The notes: generated by a model not told the origin, from the letters alone. A DNA stretch of 64,000 nucleotides from an uncultured Alphaproteobacteria bacterium (GCA_963799285.1 CAWCWK010000004.1:3225024-3289023), one strand, 5' to 3'. Counted from the stretch's first letter, positions 19,302-28,358 are shown. Numbers and translations: made by a program.

Positions 19302-20572
19302 GCCGCGTCGTTCCGTGCACCCTCGGCCTCGGCCAGCACGCGCTCCATCCAGGCGGCGACGGAGAGGGCCGTGCGATCGGCGAGACGCGGGCCGACGATC
19401 TGGACGCCGAGGGGAAGTCCTCCGCCGCGCAGCCGACCGGGCACGGGCACCGTAACGGCCGGCGTGCCCAGAAGCGTCCAGAGCCGGTTGAAGCGCGAAT
19501 CGCCCGTGCTCTCGAGCGTCGGCGCCCGCCCGGGGGCGGAGAGGGTGAGGAGCGCGTCGCAGGCGCCGAGCATCATGGGCAGCTGCGCGCGGGCCGTCGC
19601 CGTTGTCGCGAGCGCTTCCTCATGGGCCGATTCGGGCAGGATCGACGCCATGTCGAGCATGCGGCGCAACCCGTCGCTGAGGCCGTCCGCATGGGCCATG
19701 CGCTCGTGGCCGAGGGAACGTGCGCCCTCCCAATCGTTGATGACGCGCCAAGCGGCGTCGAGCTGGGCGAAGGCGGGCGGAGCCACGAGGTCGAGAAGAA
19801 CGGCGCCGGCCGCCTCAGCCGCATCGCGCGCGGCCTCGAGTGCGGCCTGGGCGTCGGCATCGCCGCCATCGGGCGCGAAGACACCGAGGCGCGGCGCGCG
19901 GGGAAGGGCGGAAGGCACGAGGTTGCGCCCCGAGAGGACGCCGGCCAGCAACGCCGCCTCGGCAACGCCGCGCGCGAAGGTGCCGATCGTGTCGAGCGTC
20001 CAGGAGAACGTCTTCACGCCGACGGTCGGGATGAGGTCGAAACTCGGCTTGTAGCCGACAATGCCGCAAAAGGCGGCCGGGCGGATGACCGAGCCGCCGG
20101 TCTGGGTGCCGACCGCGCCGTCGAGCATGCCCGCCGCCACCGCCGCCGCCGAGCCCGACGAAGACCCGCCCGGTGAATGGGCGGGATCGTGGGGGTTGCG
20201 CGTGCGCGTCGGCGTCAGCCAGGCGAACTCCGTGGTCTCGGTCTTGCCGAGGACGACGCCGTCATTCTGCGCGATGAGGACGGCCAGCGCCGCGCTCGAG
20301 GCCGGCTGGTGGTGCTCGTAGATCGGCGAGCCGTAGCGGGTCGGCATGTCGGCGGTGTCGATGATGTCCTTGAGGCCGACGACGCGGCCCGCGAGAGCGC
20401 CGATCTCCTCGCCCGCCTCCAGCTGCGCCTCGATCTCGCCCATGCGCCGTTTCGCGCCGTCGATGTCGACATGGCGAAAGGCGCGCACCTCCTGCTCGCG
20501 CGCGCCGATGGCCTCGAGGCAGGCTTCGAGGCGTTCGGCGGGGCGGGGGACGGAGGAGGGCGCGTTGGTCAT
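19298..20572 (-). CDS. Amidase-signature family amidase
   Basis: ...GLKDIIDTADMPTRYGSPIY...NPHDPAHSPGGSSSGSAAAVAAGMLDGAVGTQTGGSVIRPAAFCGIVGYKPS... There is a 4-nt overlap with the epimerase start. Confidence 0.85.
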   Translation of the reverse strand: MTNAPSSVPRPAERLEACLEAIGAREQEVRAFRHVDIDGAKRRMGEIEAQLEAGEEIGALAGRVVGLKDIIDTADMPTRYGSPIYEHHQPASSAALAVLIAQNDGVVLGKTETTEFAWLTPTRTRNPHDPAHSPGGSSSGSAAAVAAGMLDGAVGTQTGGSVIRPAAFCGIVGYKPSFDLIPTVGVKTFSWTLDTIGTFARGVAEAALLAGVLSGRNLVPSALPRAPRLGVFAPDGGDADAQAALEAARDAAEAAGAVLLDLVAPPAFAQLDAAWRVINDWEGARSLGHERMAHADGLSDGLRRMLDMASILPESAHEEALATTATARAQLPMMLGACDALLTLSAPGRAPTLESTGDSRFNRLWTLLGTPAVTVPVPGRLRGGGLPLGVQIVGPRLADRTALSVAAWMERVLAEAEGARNDAA

Positions 20573-20763
20573 GCGGGCGGTGTGTCACAGACGGGGGCGG
20601 GATGCCAAGAGAGATCGAGAGAGGACAAGGACGGATCAAGAGGGGCCGCCAGGGGCGAGGACGGTGCAGCGTGTGGCGCGCATGGGTCTGGATGCAGGGA
20701 ACGCCCGGGGCCGCGCGCCTGTTGTCTGCACACAGGCTCTTCACCGTCCAAAGGTCTTCGATA

Positions 20764-21279
20764 ATGAACCGCCCAGCCCGTTCCCTGCTTGCAGCCGCCC
20801 TCCTCACCGTCCTGGCGGGCGGACCCGCGGCGGCGCAGGACCTCGATCTCATCTTCAAGAAGTCGACCGCCTTCAAGCTCCTCACGCCCGACCACAAGCT
20901 GGCCGTCTATGCCGTCGACGATCCGCTCGTCGAGGGTGTCGCGTGCCATATCACGCTGCCGGAGAAGGGCGGCGTCTCGGGCATGTTCGGCGTGGCGGAA
21001 GAGGTCTCGGACGCCTCGCTCGCCTGCCGCCAGGTCGGGCCGGTCTCGTTCAAGGACACGTTCGAGCAGGGCGACGAGATGATGAGCCAGCGTCGCTCGC
21101 TCTTCTTCAAGGAGGTCCAGATCGTGCGGGGCTGCGACGCGGCGCGCAACGTGCTGGTCTATCTCGTCTACACCGACAAGCTGATCGACGGGAGCCCGAA
21201 GAACTCGACCTCGACCGTGCCCATCATGCCCTGGGGCGACACCCCCGCCCCCCGCTGCGCCGACGCGCTGGAGGATTAG
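20764..21279 (+). CDS. creA: CreA family protein (periplasmic, signal peptide)
   Basis: MNRPARSLLAAALLTVLAGGPAAAQ...FKLLTPDHKLAVYAVDDPLVEGVACHITLPEKGG...SLACRQVGPV...YLVYTDKLIDGSPKNSTSTVPIMPW is collinear with E. coli CreA. Confidence 0.9.
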   Translation: MNRPARSLLAAALLTVLAGGPAAAQDLDLIFKKSTAFKLLTPDHKLAVYAVDDPLVEGVACHITLPEKGGVSGMFGVAEEVSDASLACRQVGPVSFKDTFEQGDEMMSQRRSLFFKEVQIVRGCDAARNVLVYLVYTDKLIDGSPKNSTSTVPIMPWGDTPAPRCADALED

Positions 21280-22271
21280 ACCGCGAGGAGGGCTGCGAAC
21301 CGCTCCAGCCCGATATTAGAGCCGCAGGCGATGAGGCCGATGCGCTTGCCCCGCGCCGTCTCCCCGAGCGGGCCGAGGAGGGCGGCGAGAGAGGCGGCGC
21401 AGGCGGGCTCGCAGACGAGCTTGGTCGCGTCGAAGAGGAGCCGCATGGCGGCGCGCATCTCGTCATCCTCGATGCGCACGACGTCGTCGACATGCGCCTT
21501 CGTGATGGCGAAGGAGGCCGGCATCGTCATCGGCGCGCCAAGCGAATCGGCGATCGTGCGGACCCTATCGAGATGGACCGGGTGGCCGGCGGCGAGGCTG
21601 CGGGTCAGCGCGTCGGCGCCCGTCGGCTCGACGCCGATGACGAGGCAGTCCGGCCGGGCGAGCTTGATCGCGCGGGCCATGCCCGAGATCAGCCCACCGC
21701 CGCCGACGGGCACGACGACGATGTCGCAATCGGGCGCATCCTCGATGAGCTCGGCCCCGCAAGTCGCCGTGCCGAGCGCGATCGCCTCGCCCTCGAAGGG
21801 ATGGACGACGGTGCGGCCTTCGTCCTCGGCCAGCCGCTCCATGGTGGCGAAGGCGTCGGCGATATCGCGCGCGATCACGACGCCGGCGCCCATGGCCTCG
21901 CAGCCCGCGACGCGGACGGGATCGACGCCCTCGAACATGACGACCTTGGCCGAGACGCCGGCCGCCTTGGCCGCCCAGGCGACGGCGAGCGCGTGGTTGC
22001 CCGCGCTCACCCCGACGACGCCGCGCTTGCGTGCCGCCTCGTCGAGGCGGGCGACGCTGAGATAGGCGCCGCGGGCCTTGAACGAGCCGGCCTGCTGGAA
22101 GAGCTCGAGCTTGAGGACGGCCGAGGCGCCCCCCGGGAGATGCGGCGCGATGCGGGCGCTGGCGAGTTCGAGATTGGGCGTCCGAACGAGTGTGCCCGCG
22201 ATCGCGCGGCGCGCTTCGGCGATCGCATCCGGGCCGGGGCCGGGGGCCGAGAGATAGGAATGGCTCGTCAT
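21276..22271 (-). CDS. PLP-dependent threonine/serine dehydratase family enzyme
   Basis: MTSHSYL...LKLELFQQAGSFKARGAY...GVSAGNHALAVAWAAK...VPVGGGGLISG... ATG 22271 was verified. The track ORF is over-extended to 23453. Confidence 0.85.
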   Translation of the reverse strand: MTSHSYLSAPGPGPDAIAEARRAIAGTLVRTPNLELASARIAPHLPGGASAVLKLELFQQAGSFKARGAYLSVARLDEAARKRGVVGVSAGNHALAVAWAAKAAGVSAKVVMFEGVDPVRVAGCEAMGAGVVIARDIADAFATMERLAEDEGRTVVHPFEGEAIALGTATCGAELIEDAPDCDIVVVPVGGGGLISGMARAIKLARPDCLVIGVEPTGADALTRSLAAGHPVHLDRVRTIADSLGAPMTMPASFAITKAHVDDVVRIEDDEMRAAMRLLFDATKLVCEPACAASLAALLGPLGETARGKRIGLIACGSNIGLERFAALLAV

Positions 22272-22547
22272 CGAGGTCGGCTTTCGGATGGGTGAGGGAA
22301 CGCGCGTGCGGGACGGTTGCCGGGGACGGCGCGGCGCGTCAACATGTCGTCCGGACGACGCGCGGCCATCGCAGGGCTCTCGGGGGGGAATTGACCCCGA
22401 GGCGACAAGCGGATGGACCAGACGCGGCGCGAACGGGGAGATGGCGGCCATGGATCGAGTGAAGACACGAAAGCGATCGGGGACAGGACGGTCGGGCAAG
22501 CCCTCCACGCCGCCCATCGACCTGCCGGTCCGATCGCGGGTTTCGTC

Positions 22548-23039
22548 ATGGGCCTGATACGGCGCAGCCGCGAGGAGGGGCACAGCCGGAAATTCCTCGC
22601 CGTCGTGGACGACACGCCCGAATGCGACCGGGCCGTCTATTTCGCCGCCCGCCGCGCCAGCCTCACCGGCGGCTCCCTCACCCTCCTTTACATCATCCCG
22701 CGCGAGGATTTCCCGCACTGGCTCGGCGTCGAGGCCGTCATGCGGGCGGAGGCCGAGGAAGAGGCGCGGAAGCGGCTCTATCACTTCGTCGACCGCGCGC
22801 GCGAGATCGCCGGCCTCGACGCCGAGATCGTCATCCGCGAGGGCAACCGGACGGAGGAGATCTCCGCCCTCGTCGAGGAGGACGAGGACATCGCGATCCT
22901 CGTGCTCGCAGCCGGCACATCGAGCGACGGGTCGGGACCGCTCGTCACCCATCTGGCGAGCCGGGCCGGCACATTCCCGATCCCGCTCACCATCGTGCCC
23001 GGCCAGCTCGACGACGAGGCGATCGATGCGCTGGCCTGA
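22548..23039 (+). CDS. Universal stress protein family protein
   Basis: ...KFLAVVDDTPECDRAVYFAARRASLTGGSLTLLYII...ILVLAAGTSSDGSGPLVTHL... I set the start at internal ATG 22548. Confidence 0.8.
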   Translation: MGLIRRSREEGHSRKFLAVVDDTPECDRAVYFAARRASLTGGSLTLLYIIPREDFPHWLGVEAVMRAEAEEEARKRLYHFVDRAREIAGLDAEIVIREGNRTEEISALVEEDEDIAILVLAAGTSSDGSGPLVTHLASRAGTFPIPLTIVPGQLDDEAIDALA

Positions 23040-23104
23040 GCTTGGCCGGGCCTGGGCTTGACCGGGCCTGAGCTTGGCTGGGCCTGGCCTGTCTGGCGAG
23101 GGTC

Positions 23105-23797
23105 CTATTCGCCGAGAAGGTCGGGCCGGCGTGCGCGGGTGAGGGCGAGAGACCGCTCGGCGCGCCAGCGCCGGATCGCGGCATGGTCGCCGGAGAGGAG
23201 CGTGTCGGGGATCGTGCGGCCCTCCCATTCGCGAGGCCGGGTGTAATGGGGGTATTCGAGGAGCCCGCTCTCGAAGCTCTCCTCCTCGCCCGATGCCTCG
23301 GCGCCCATCACGCCCGGCAGCAGCCGCACGCAGGCGTCGAGGAGCACCATGGCCGCGATCTCGCCGCCAGAGAGCACATAGTCGCCGACCGAGACCTCCT
23401 GGAGCCCGCGCGCCTCGATGACCCGCTCGTCGACGCCTTCGAAACGCCCGCACAGGAGGATGGCGCCCGGCCCGTCCGCGATCTCGCGCACACGGGCCTG
23501 GGTCAGCGGCCGGCCTCGCGGACTCATCAGGAGGCGGGGACGATCGTCTTGCCCGTCACGCTGTTCGTCCAGCGCATCGAGCGCGGCGGCCACCACGTCG
23601 GCGCGCAGGACCATCCCCGCGCCCCCGCCGGCAGGGGTGTCGTCGACCGCCCGGTGCCGGCCGATCCCGTAGTCGCGCAAGGCCCGCGTCTCCAGCGTCC
23701 AGAGACCGCGTTCCCGCGCCCGGCCGGACAGGCTCTGCCCGAGCGGGCCTGGGAACATCTCCGGATAGAGCGTCAGGACGCTCGCCGCGAAAGGCAC
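23105..23797 (-). CDS. trmD: tRNA (guanine37-N1)-methyltransferase TrmD
   Basis: [20 protein letters not shown]...[19 protein letters not shown]...[13 protein letters not shown]...[30 protein letters not shown]... GTG start at 23797, 230 aa. No rimM or rplS flank it. Confidence 0.92.
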   Translation of the reverse strand: MPFAASVLTLYPEMFPGPLGQSLSGRARERGLWTLETRALRDYGIGRHRAVDDTPAGGGAGMVLRADVVAAALDALDEQRDGQDDRPRLLMSPRGRPLTQARVREIADGPGAILLCGRFEGVDERVIEARGLQEVSVGDYVLSGGEIAAMVLLDACVRLLPGVMGAEASGEEESFESGLLEYPHYTRPREWEGRTIPDTLLSGDHAAIRRWRAERSLALTRARRPDLLGE

Positions 23798-24158
23798 GCG
23801 GGGCGATCCGGCACTGTCATCGTTCGAGGGCACCGACGTGTCGTTCTCTCGTTTCGGCCGGCTGCACGCGCGGCTGGGAGAGCGAGCCTCTAGCCTGAAT
23901 GGCGATGAGTTCCGAGAGGGCATCGTCCTGACGCGTTCGTGATACGCACGGTGTTTTCGGCAAGGCACGGAAAAACAGGAATTCCATCAATTCTCTAGCG
24001 CAAGACTAGGACCATAAGCATAGCATTCTCTGCGGCTTGCGTGCAACAGTTCCATGACGGAGCCATACCTTAACGCCGCTTACATTGACCTGGTTAATAG
24101 ACGGGTGGTTCACTGATGAAGTCTCGGGGAGACATTGGTGAGCGGATCATAACATAGG

Positions 24159-24174
24159 TTAATTAAAGGTTAAC
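24159..24174 (+). promoter_or_regulatory. Perfect CtrA box (TTAA-N7-TTAAC)
   Basis: TTAAttaaaggTTAAC lies inside the AT-rich intergenic island, 73 nt upstream of the ATG at 24247. GGTTAA is reiterated nearby at about 24093 and 24157-24174. Confidence 0.55.
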
Positions 24175-24246
24175 TTCTCTCCATAACAGAAGAGCCTTTG
24201 TACAAGACTTGTGAGGTGGTGCGCTTCTCCAACTGGGGGAGAGAGG

Positions 24247-25104
24247 ATGCATCGGCCTATCCGGACGACCATACCGAAACTGCGCCATCTCGGCTGGGCC
24301 CTGGCCCTGGCCTGCGCCATCCCGATCACGTCGGTGGTCCCGCGCGGTCCCGCGCTGGCGACGCCGTCCCGCGAGGTGATCCTGGACGAAGCGTCCGGAC
24401 CGGTCGCCGCCCCGGCGGCGGCCTCGCTGGCCGAGCGTTCGGTGGCCGTTCGGGGCTGGGGTCTGCCCGATACGCTGCGCCCCCTCCAGCGGCTGGCCCG
24501 CGCGCCCAGCGGCTACATCGCCTTTTGCCAGCTCAATCCGCAGGACTGCGCCGGCGTTCGCCGACGGGGTGCCACCGAGACCGAAGCGCCCGTCCGGCTC
24601 GATGCGGACCGGCTGGCCGAACTCGACGCCGTCAATCGCAAGGTCAACGCCGCGGTCCACCCGATCACCGATCTTAAGCTCTACGGACGCGTCGAGGAGT
24701 GGACCTATCCGCGCCGCGCCCGACTGCGCCTCGCTTCGGCCCGCGGCCCGGCAGAGGGTTCGGCCGAGGGTTCGACGAAGGGTCTCGTCCAGACGATCGA
24801 GACATTGGCCGGCGACTGCGAGGACTACGTGCTCCTCAAGCGCGCACAACTGCTGGCGCTCGGCTGGCCGGCCAACGCGCTCCTCATCACCGTCGTGCGC
24901 GATCTCGAAGGGCTCGGCCATGCCGTGCTGACGGCGCGCACGGATCGGGGCGACATCATCCTCGACAACCAAGCCGAGGACCTCGCCCACTGGAAGGCGA
25001 CCGGCTACGCCTTCATCAAGCGCCAGTCGGCCCGCGACCCCAATCTCTGGGTCTCGCTCGGCACGCCGGTCAGGCCGACGACCGTGGTCGGCAACACGGA
25101 CTGA
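24247..25104 (+). CDS. Transglutaminase-like cysteine peptidase (BTLCP/LapG family), secreted
   Basis: It has a signal peptide, LGWALALACAIPITS. Family motifs present: ...YIAFCQLNPQDC...VNRKVNAAVHPITDLKLYG..EEWTYP...GDCEDYVLLKRAQLL...GHAVLTARTDRGDIILDNQ... These supply the Cys-His-Asp triad. Confidence 0.8.
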   Translation: MHRPIRTTIPKLRHLGWALALACAIPITSVVPRGPALATPSREVILDEASGPVAAPAAASLAERSVAVRGWGLPDTLRPLQRLARAPSGYIAFCQLNPQDCAGVRRRGATETEAPVRLDADRLAELDAVNRKVNAAVHPITDLKLYGRVEEWTYPRRARLRLASARGPAEGSAEGSTKGLVQTIETLAGDCEDYVLLKRAQLLALGWPANALLITVVRDLEGLGHAVLTARTDRGDIILDNQAEDLAHWKATGYAFIKRQSARDPNLWVSLGTPVRPTTVVGNTD

Positions 25105-25117
25105 TTCGGCCGGTCGG

Positions 25118-26770
25118 TCAAGCCGCGAAGAAGGCGCAGGAGAAGGGCGGCAGCGTCAGACCTTCGCCCTTCGTGCCCGCCGCCTCGGCACCATTGTCGG
25201 CGGCGGCGAAGCCCGGCACGTCCAGGCGCTCCCCTCGCGGCCTCGCGATCCGGGCGGCCGCGCCCGTCAGGTTGAAGGCGCCGGTAAGGCGCTTCCCCCC
25301 GGCCTCGCGGGTGACGACGACGACTTCGCGCCGCTCCCCGATGGCCTCCACGCCGACGAGATCGCCCTTGACGAGGGCGGGTTGTTCGCTCCGCCAGGCG
25401 AGGAAACGGCGCAGGCGGTTGAGCGGCGCGGCTTCGTCGTTCTCCTGCGCCGAGACGGCACGCTGCGCGTGGTCCGACGGCATGGGAAGCCATCCATCGA
25501 CGGTCGAGAAGCCGGCATGGGCCTCCGAATCCGTCCACGGCATCGGCGTGCGGCAGCCGTCGCGGCCCTTGTCCTCCGGCCAGAACGTCTTCCCCTGCGG
25601 GTCCTGCAGCGCCTCGAAGGGCACGTCGGCCTCGGGCAGGCCGAGCTCCTCGCCCTGATAGAGGCAGATCGTGCCGCGCAGCGACAGGAGCATCGCGCTC
25701 GCGACGGGCTGGAAGGCGCTCGGGTCGGCCTGCGGCGCCCAGCGGGTCGGTACCCGTGTCACATCGTGGTTGGAGAGCGACCAGCACGGCCAGCCCGATC
25801 CGATCGCCCGGTCGATGCCCTGGACGATGCCGGCAATGTCCTCGGCCTGGGAATGGGGTCCGAGGAGACGGAAGTTGTAGGCCATGTGGATGCGCTTGTC
25901 GGCCTCGGTATAGGCGGCCATCGTGCCTTCTTCGTCCCGGTCGGCGCCGATCTCGCCGACGGCGGTCGTGCCGGGATATTCGTCGAGGAGCTGGCGGAAG
26001 CGGGCGAGGAAGTCGAGATTCTCCGGCCGGGTCTTGTCGTAGAGATGGTCCTGCGACCCATAGGGATTCACCCGCCGGTCGATGCCGGCGAAGTCCTCGT
26101 TGCGGGTCCAGGGCGGGTTGTCGCGCAGCTCAGCGTCATGGAAGTAGAAGTTGACGGTGTCGAGCCGGAAGCCGTCGACGCCGCGCTCCAGCCAGAAGCG
26201 GGTCACGTCGAGAAGCGCGTCCTGCACGTCCCTGTTGTGGAAGTTGAGGTCGGGCTGGGATTTGAGGAAGTTGTGCAGATAGTACTGGCTGCGCCGCGTG
26301 TCCCATTCCCAGGCCGGTCCGCCGAAGATCGAGAGCCAGTTATTGGGGGGCGTGCCGTCCGGCTTGGCGTCGGCCCAGACGTACCAGTCCGATTTCGGGT
26401 TCTCGCGTCCGGCCCGGCTCTCGGTGAACCAGGGATGCCGGTCGGACGTGTGGCTGAGGACGAGGTCTATCATCACCCTGAGGCCGCGCGCATGGGCCTC
26501 CTCCAAGAGCGCGTCGAAATCGGCGAGCGTGCCGAAGATCGGATCGACATCGCGATAGTTGGAGACGTCGTAGCCGAAATCGTCCATCGGCGACGTGTAA
26601 AAGGGCGAGATCCAGACCGCGTCGACGCCGAGGCTCGCGATGTGGTCGAGCCGCTGCGTGATGCCGGGCAGATCGCCGATGCCGTCGCCATTCGTGTCCT
26701 GATAGGAGCGCGGGTAGATCTGGTAGATCACCGCACCGCGCCACCAATCCTTATCGCCGCCCAGTGCCAT
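25118..26770 (-). CDS. GH13 alpha-glucosidase (oligo-1,6-glucosidase / AglA-like)
   Basis: ...WWRGAVIYQIYPRSYQDTNGDGIGDLPGITQRLDHIASLGVDAVWISPFYTSPMDDFGYDVSNYRDVDP...GLRVMIDLVLSHTSDRHPWF...GFRLDTVNF... Confidence 0.92.
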   Translation of the reverse strand: MALGGDKDWWRGAVIYQIYPRSYQDTNGDGIGDLPGITQRLDHIASLGVDAVWISPFYTSPMDDFGYDVSNYRDVDPIFGTLADFDALLEEAHARGLRVMIDLVLSHTSDRHPWFTESRAGRENPKSDWYVWADAKPDGTPPNNWLSIFGGPAWEWDTRRSQYYLHNFLKSQPDLNFHNRDVQDALLDVTRFWLERGVDGFRLDTVNFYFHDAELRDNPPWTRNEDFAGIDRRVNPYGSQDHLYDKTRPENLDFLARFRQLLDEYPGTTAVGEIGADRDEEGTMAAYTEADKRIHMAYNFRLLGPHSQAEDIAGIVQGIDRAIGSGWPCWSLSNHDVTRVPTRWAPQADPSAFQPVASAMLLSLRGTICLYQGEELGLPEADVPFEALQDPQGKTFWPEDKGRDGCRTPMPWTDSEAHAGFSTVDGWLPMPSDHAQRAVSAQENDEAAPLNRLRRFLAWRSEQPALVKGDLVGVEAIGERREVVVVTREAGGKRLTGAFNLTGAAARIARPRGERLDVPGFAAADNGAEAAGTKGEGLTLPPFSCAFFAA

Positions 26771-27383
26771 GGTGCTCTCTTCCCGATAGGTCCCGCTGCG
26801 ACGTATCGGGATTGATACGGTTCAAGTCGTGACGGCCTGCGCTTTAGCGAGGTCTCGGCGGGCTGCCAAGCGGGAAATGCGAGGCTGTGACAGACGTCGG
26901 GCGGTAGACGCGGCGAACGACGGATCGCTTGCGCGGCCGCCGCGGCGAAAGCCCTCTCCCGCCCGGGTGCGGCGGCATGAGCCGGGCCGAAGCGGGAAAG
27001 GGCCGAGCGACACGACGGCCCGACGGGAGGCAGCCCCTCAGCCCTTCCCCCGAACGATCCGCAAGCGCTCAAACGCCGGGCCTGCGCGAGGCGGGGCCCG
27101 ACTTCCACACTAACTCGGCGGAAGCTCGGCGGTAAGCCCCGGCGTCGTCTCGTCGGGAATGCGCGATGGTCCAAGGAGGAGCTTGCGCCGATGATGCCGG
27201 GCCGTGCCGAACCGATGTCACCCGCCCTCGTTTCGGCTTCTCTCCGACGCATTAGTGACTTGTTAAGAAATCACGCCTAGGTTGCAATTGTACCCCCTGC
27301 GAAGGTGCGGCGACGGTCCTGAGAGACTGCCGCCGCGCCACTTCGCACCGTCAGGCGAAGCGGTGGTACTCTCGCATCAAGCG

Positions 27384-28358
27384 TCAATCAGCCAACTCTC
27401 GTTGCGCAACGCGCTCCCCGACCGTGCCGTCGGGAAGAAGGCCACGGGTTTCCACGCGTGTTCGCCAGCCGGCTTCTCCGGTTCTCTCAATCTCGTAGAG
27501 GTTGTATGCGGCGCCCGGCTTGGCACGGCGCGTATCGGGCAGGGCGGAGGCCGAGGGCACGCCGCAGATCGGCATCGTCTCGGCACCGTCGGCCGCGCCC
27601 CAGACCAGCGTCTGGGTGTGGTTGTGGCCGTGCAGGACCAGCTCGGCGCCGGCATCGCGCAGCACGTCCATGAAGGCCCTGCCATCGGTCAGCCGACGAA
27701 GGCGGTTCGCGGTTCCGGGCAGAGGCGGGTGATGGATCATCACGACCCGGTAGAGCCCTTCGCGCCCCAGCGCGGTAAGGAGACCGCCGAGCCGTGCGCG
27801 CTGGCGCCGGCCGACCTTGCCCGTCGCCATGAAGGGCGCGGTTGGCACGCCGCTCGACACGCCGACAAGGGCGACCGGCCCGCGCCGCCGCACGTACGGA
27901 AAGCGCGGTGCGCCCGCGAAGGCGGGTTCGCTGGGCTCCGGCGCTTCATGCCCATGGGCGTCCGGTCCACCCGGCAGCGCGGCGACGACATCGCCCGTCA
28001 TGTAGGCGTCCCAGACCGTCTCCAGCCGGCCGAGCGCGCCGGCGACATAGGTGTCGTGATTGCCGGGCACGACCGAGACCCAGCCCGGCGGCCCCAATGT
28101 CTCCAGCCATTCGAGCGCCGGCGGCAGCTCGGATTTGAGCGCCAGATTGAGAAGATCGCCCGTCAGCGCGACATGGTCGGGCGCCTGATGCTTGAGGTCG
28201 GCGATCAGCGCCTCGAGCACATCGGCCCGGTGCGCCCGGCCTCGCCCCCGGCGCCAGTTGATGTAGCCGAGCACCCGCTTCGAGGCGAGCTCGCGTTTTC
28301 GCGGCCGGGGCAGGGGCGCGAGGTGGGGATCGGAGAGGTGGGCAAGGCGGAAGGTCAC
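27384..28358 (-). CDS. Metallophosphoesterase (calcineurin-like)
   Basis: ...RLAHLSDPHL...VALTGDLLN...VVPGNHD...VMIHHPP...VLHGHNH... Confidence 0.85.
   Translation of the reverse strand: MTFRLAHLSDPHLAPLPRPRKRELASKRVLGYINWRRGRGRAHRADVLEALIADLKHQAPDHVALTGDLLNLALKSELPPALEWLETLGPPGWVSVVPGNHDTYVAGALGRLETVWDAYMTGDVVAALPGGPDAHGHEAPEPSEPAFAGAPRFPYVRRRGPVALVGVSSGVPTAPFMATGKVGRRQRARLGGLLTALGREGLYRVVMIHHPPLPGTANRLRRLTDGRAFMDVLRDAGAELVLHGHNHTQTLVWGAADGAETMPICGVPSASALPDTRRAKPGAAYNLYEIERTGEAGWRTRVETRGLLPDGTVGERVAQRELAD

Noticed and set aside
6120-20054. Very long ORFs antisense to, or frame-shifted against, recognised genes. Examples are 6120-7298(+), 7877-9784(+), 10100-11932(-), 11706-12854(-), 14990-16843(+) and 16875-20054(+, 1059 aa). 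Similar ones elsewhere include 55901-57319(+), 60242-61582(-) and 38411+ frames.
   Set aside because: Their translations are Arg/Gly/Ala/Pro-rich low-complexity strings with no family motifs. Each overlaps a gene with clear homology on the other strand or in another frame. Stop-codon scarcity in very GC-rich DNA produces such shadow ORFs.
26771-27383. I tested the large gap for RNase P RNA, two-piece alphaproteobacterial tmRNA, SRP RNA and a cobalamin riboswitch.
   Set aside because: I could not find any of the diagnostic strings on either strand. These were GAGGAAAGTCCGG / ACAGAAA..CCGCC (RNase P), an ANDN...AA tag-peptide reading frame or a TCCACCA 3' end (tmRNA), GGAAGCAGCC (SRP), and GCCACTG plus an AGYCMGGAGACCTGCC B12 box. 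GGAAGTCGGGCC at about 27090 (minus strand) only loosely resembles the RNase P P4 region.
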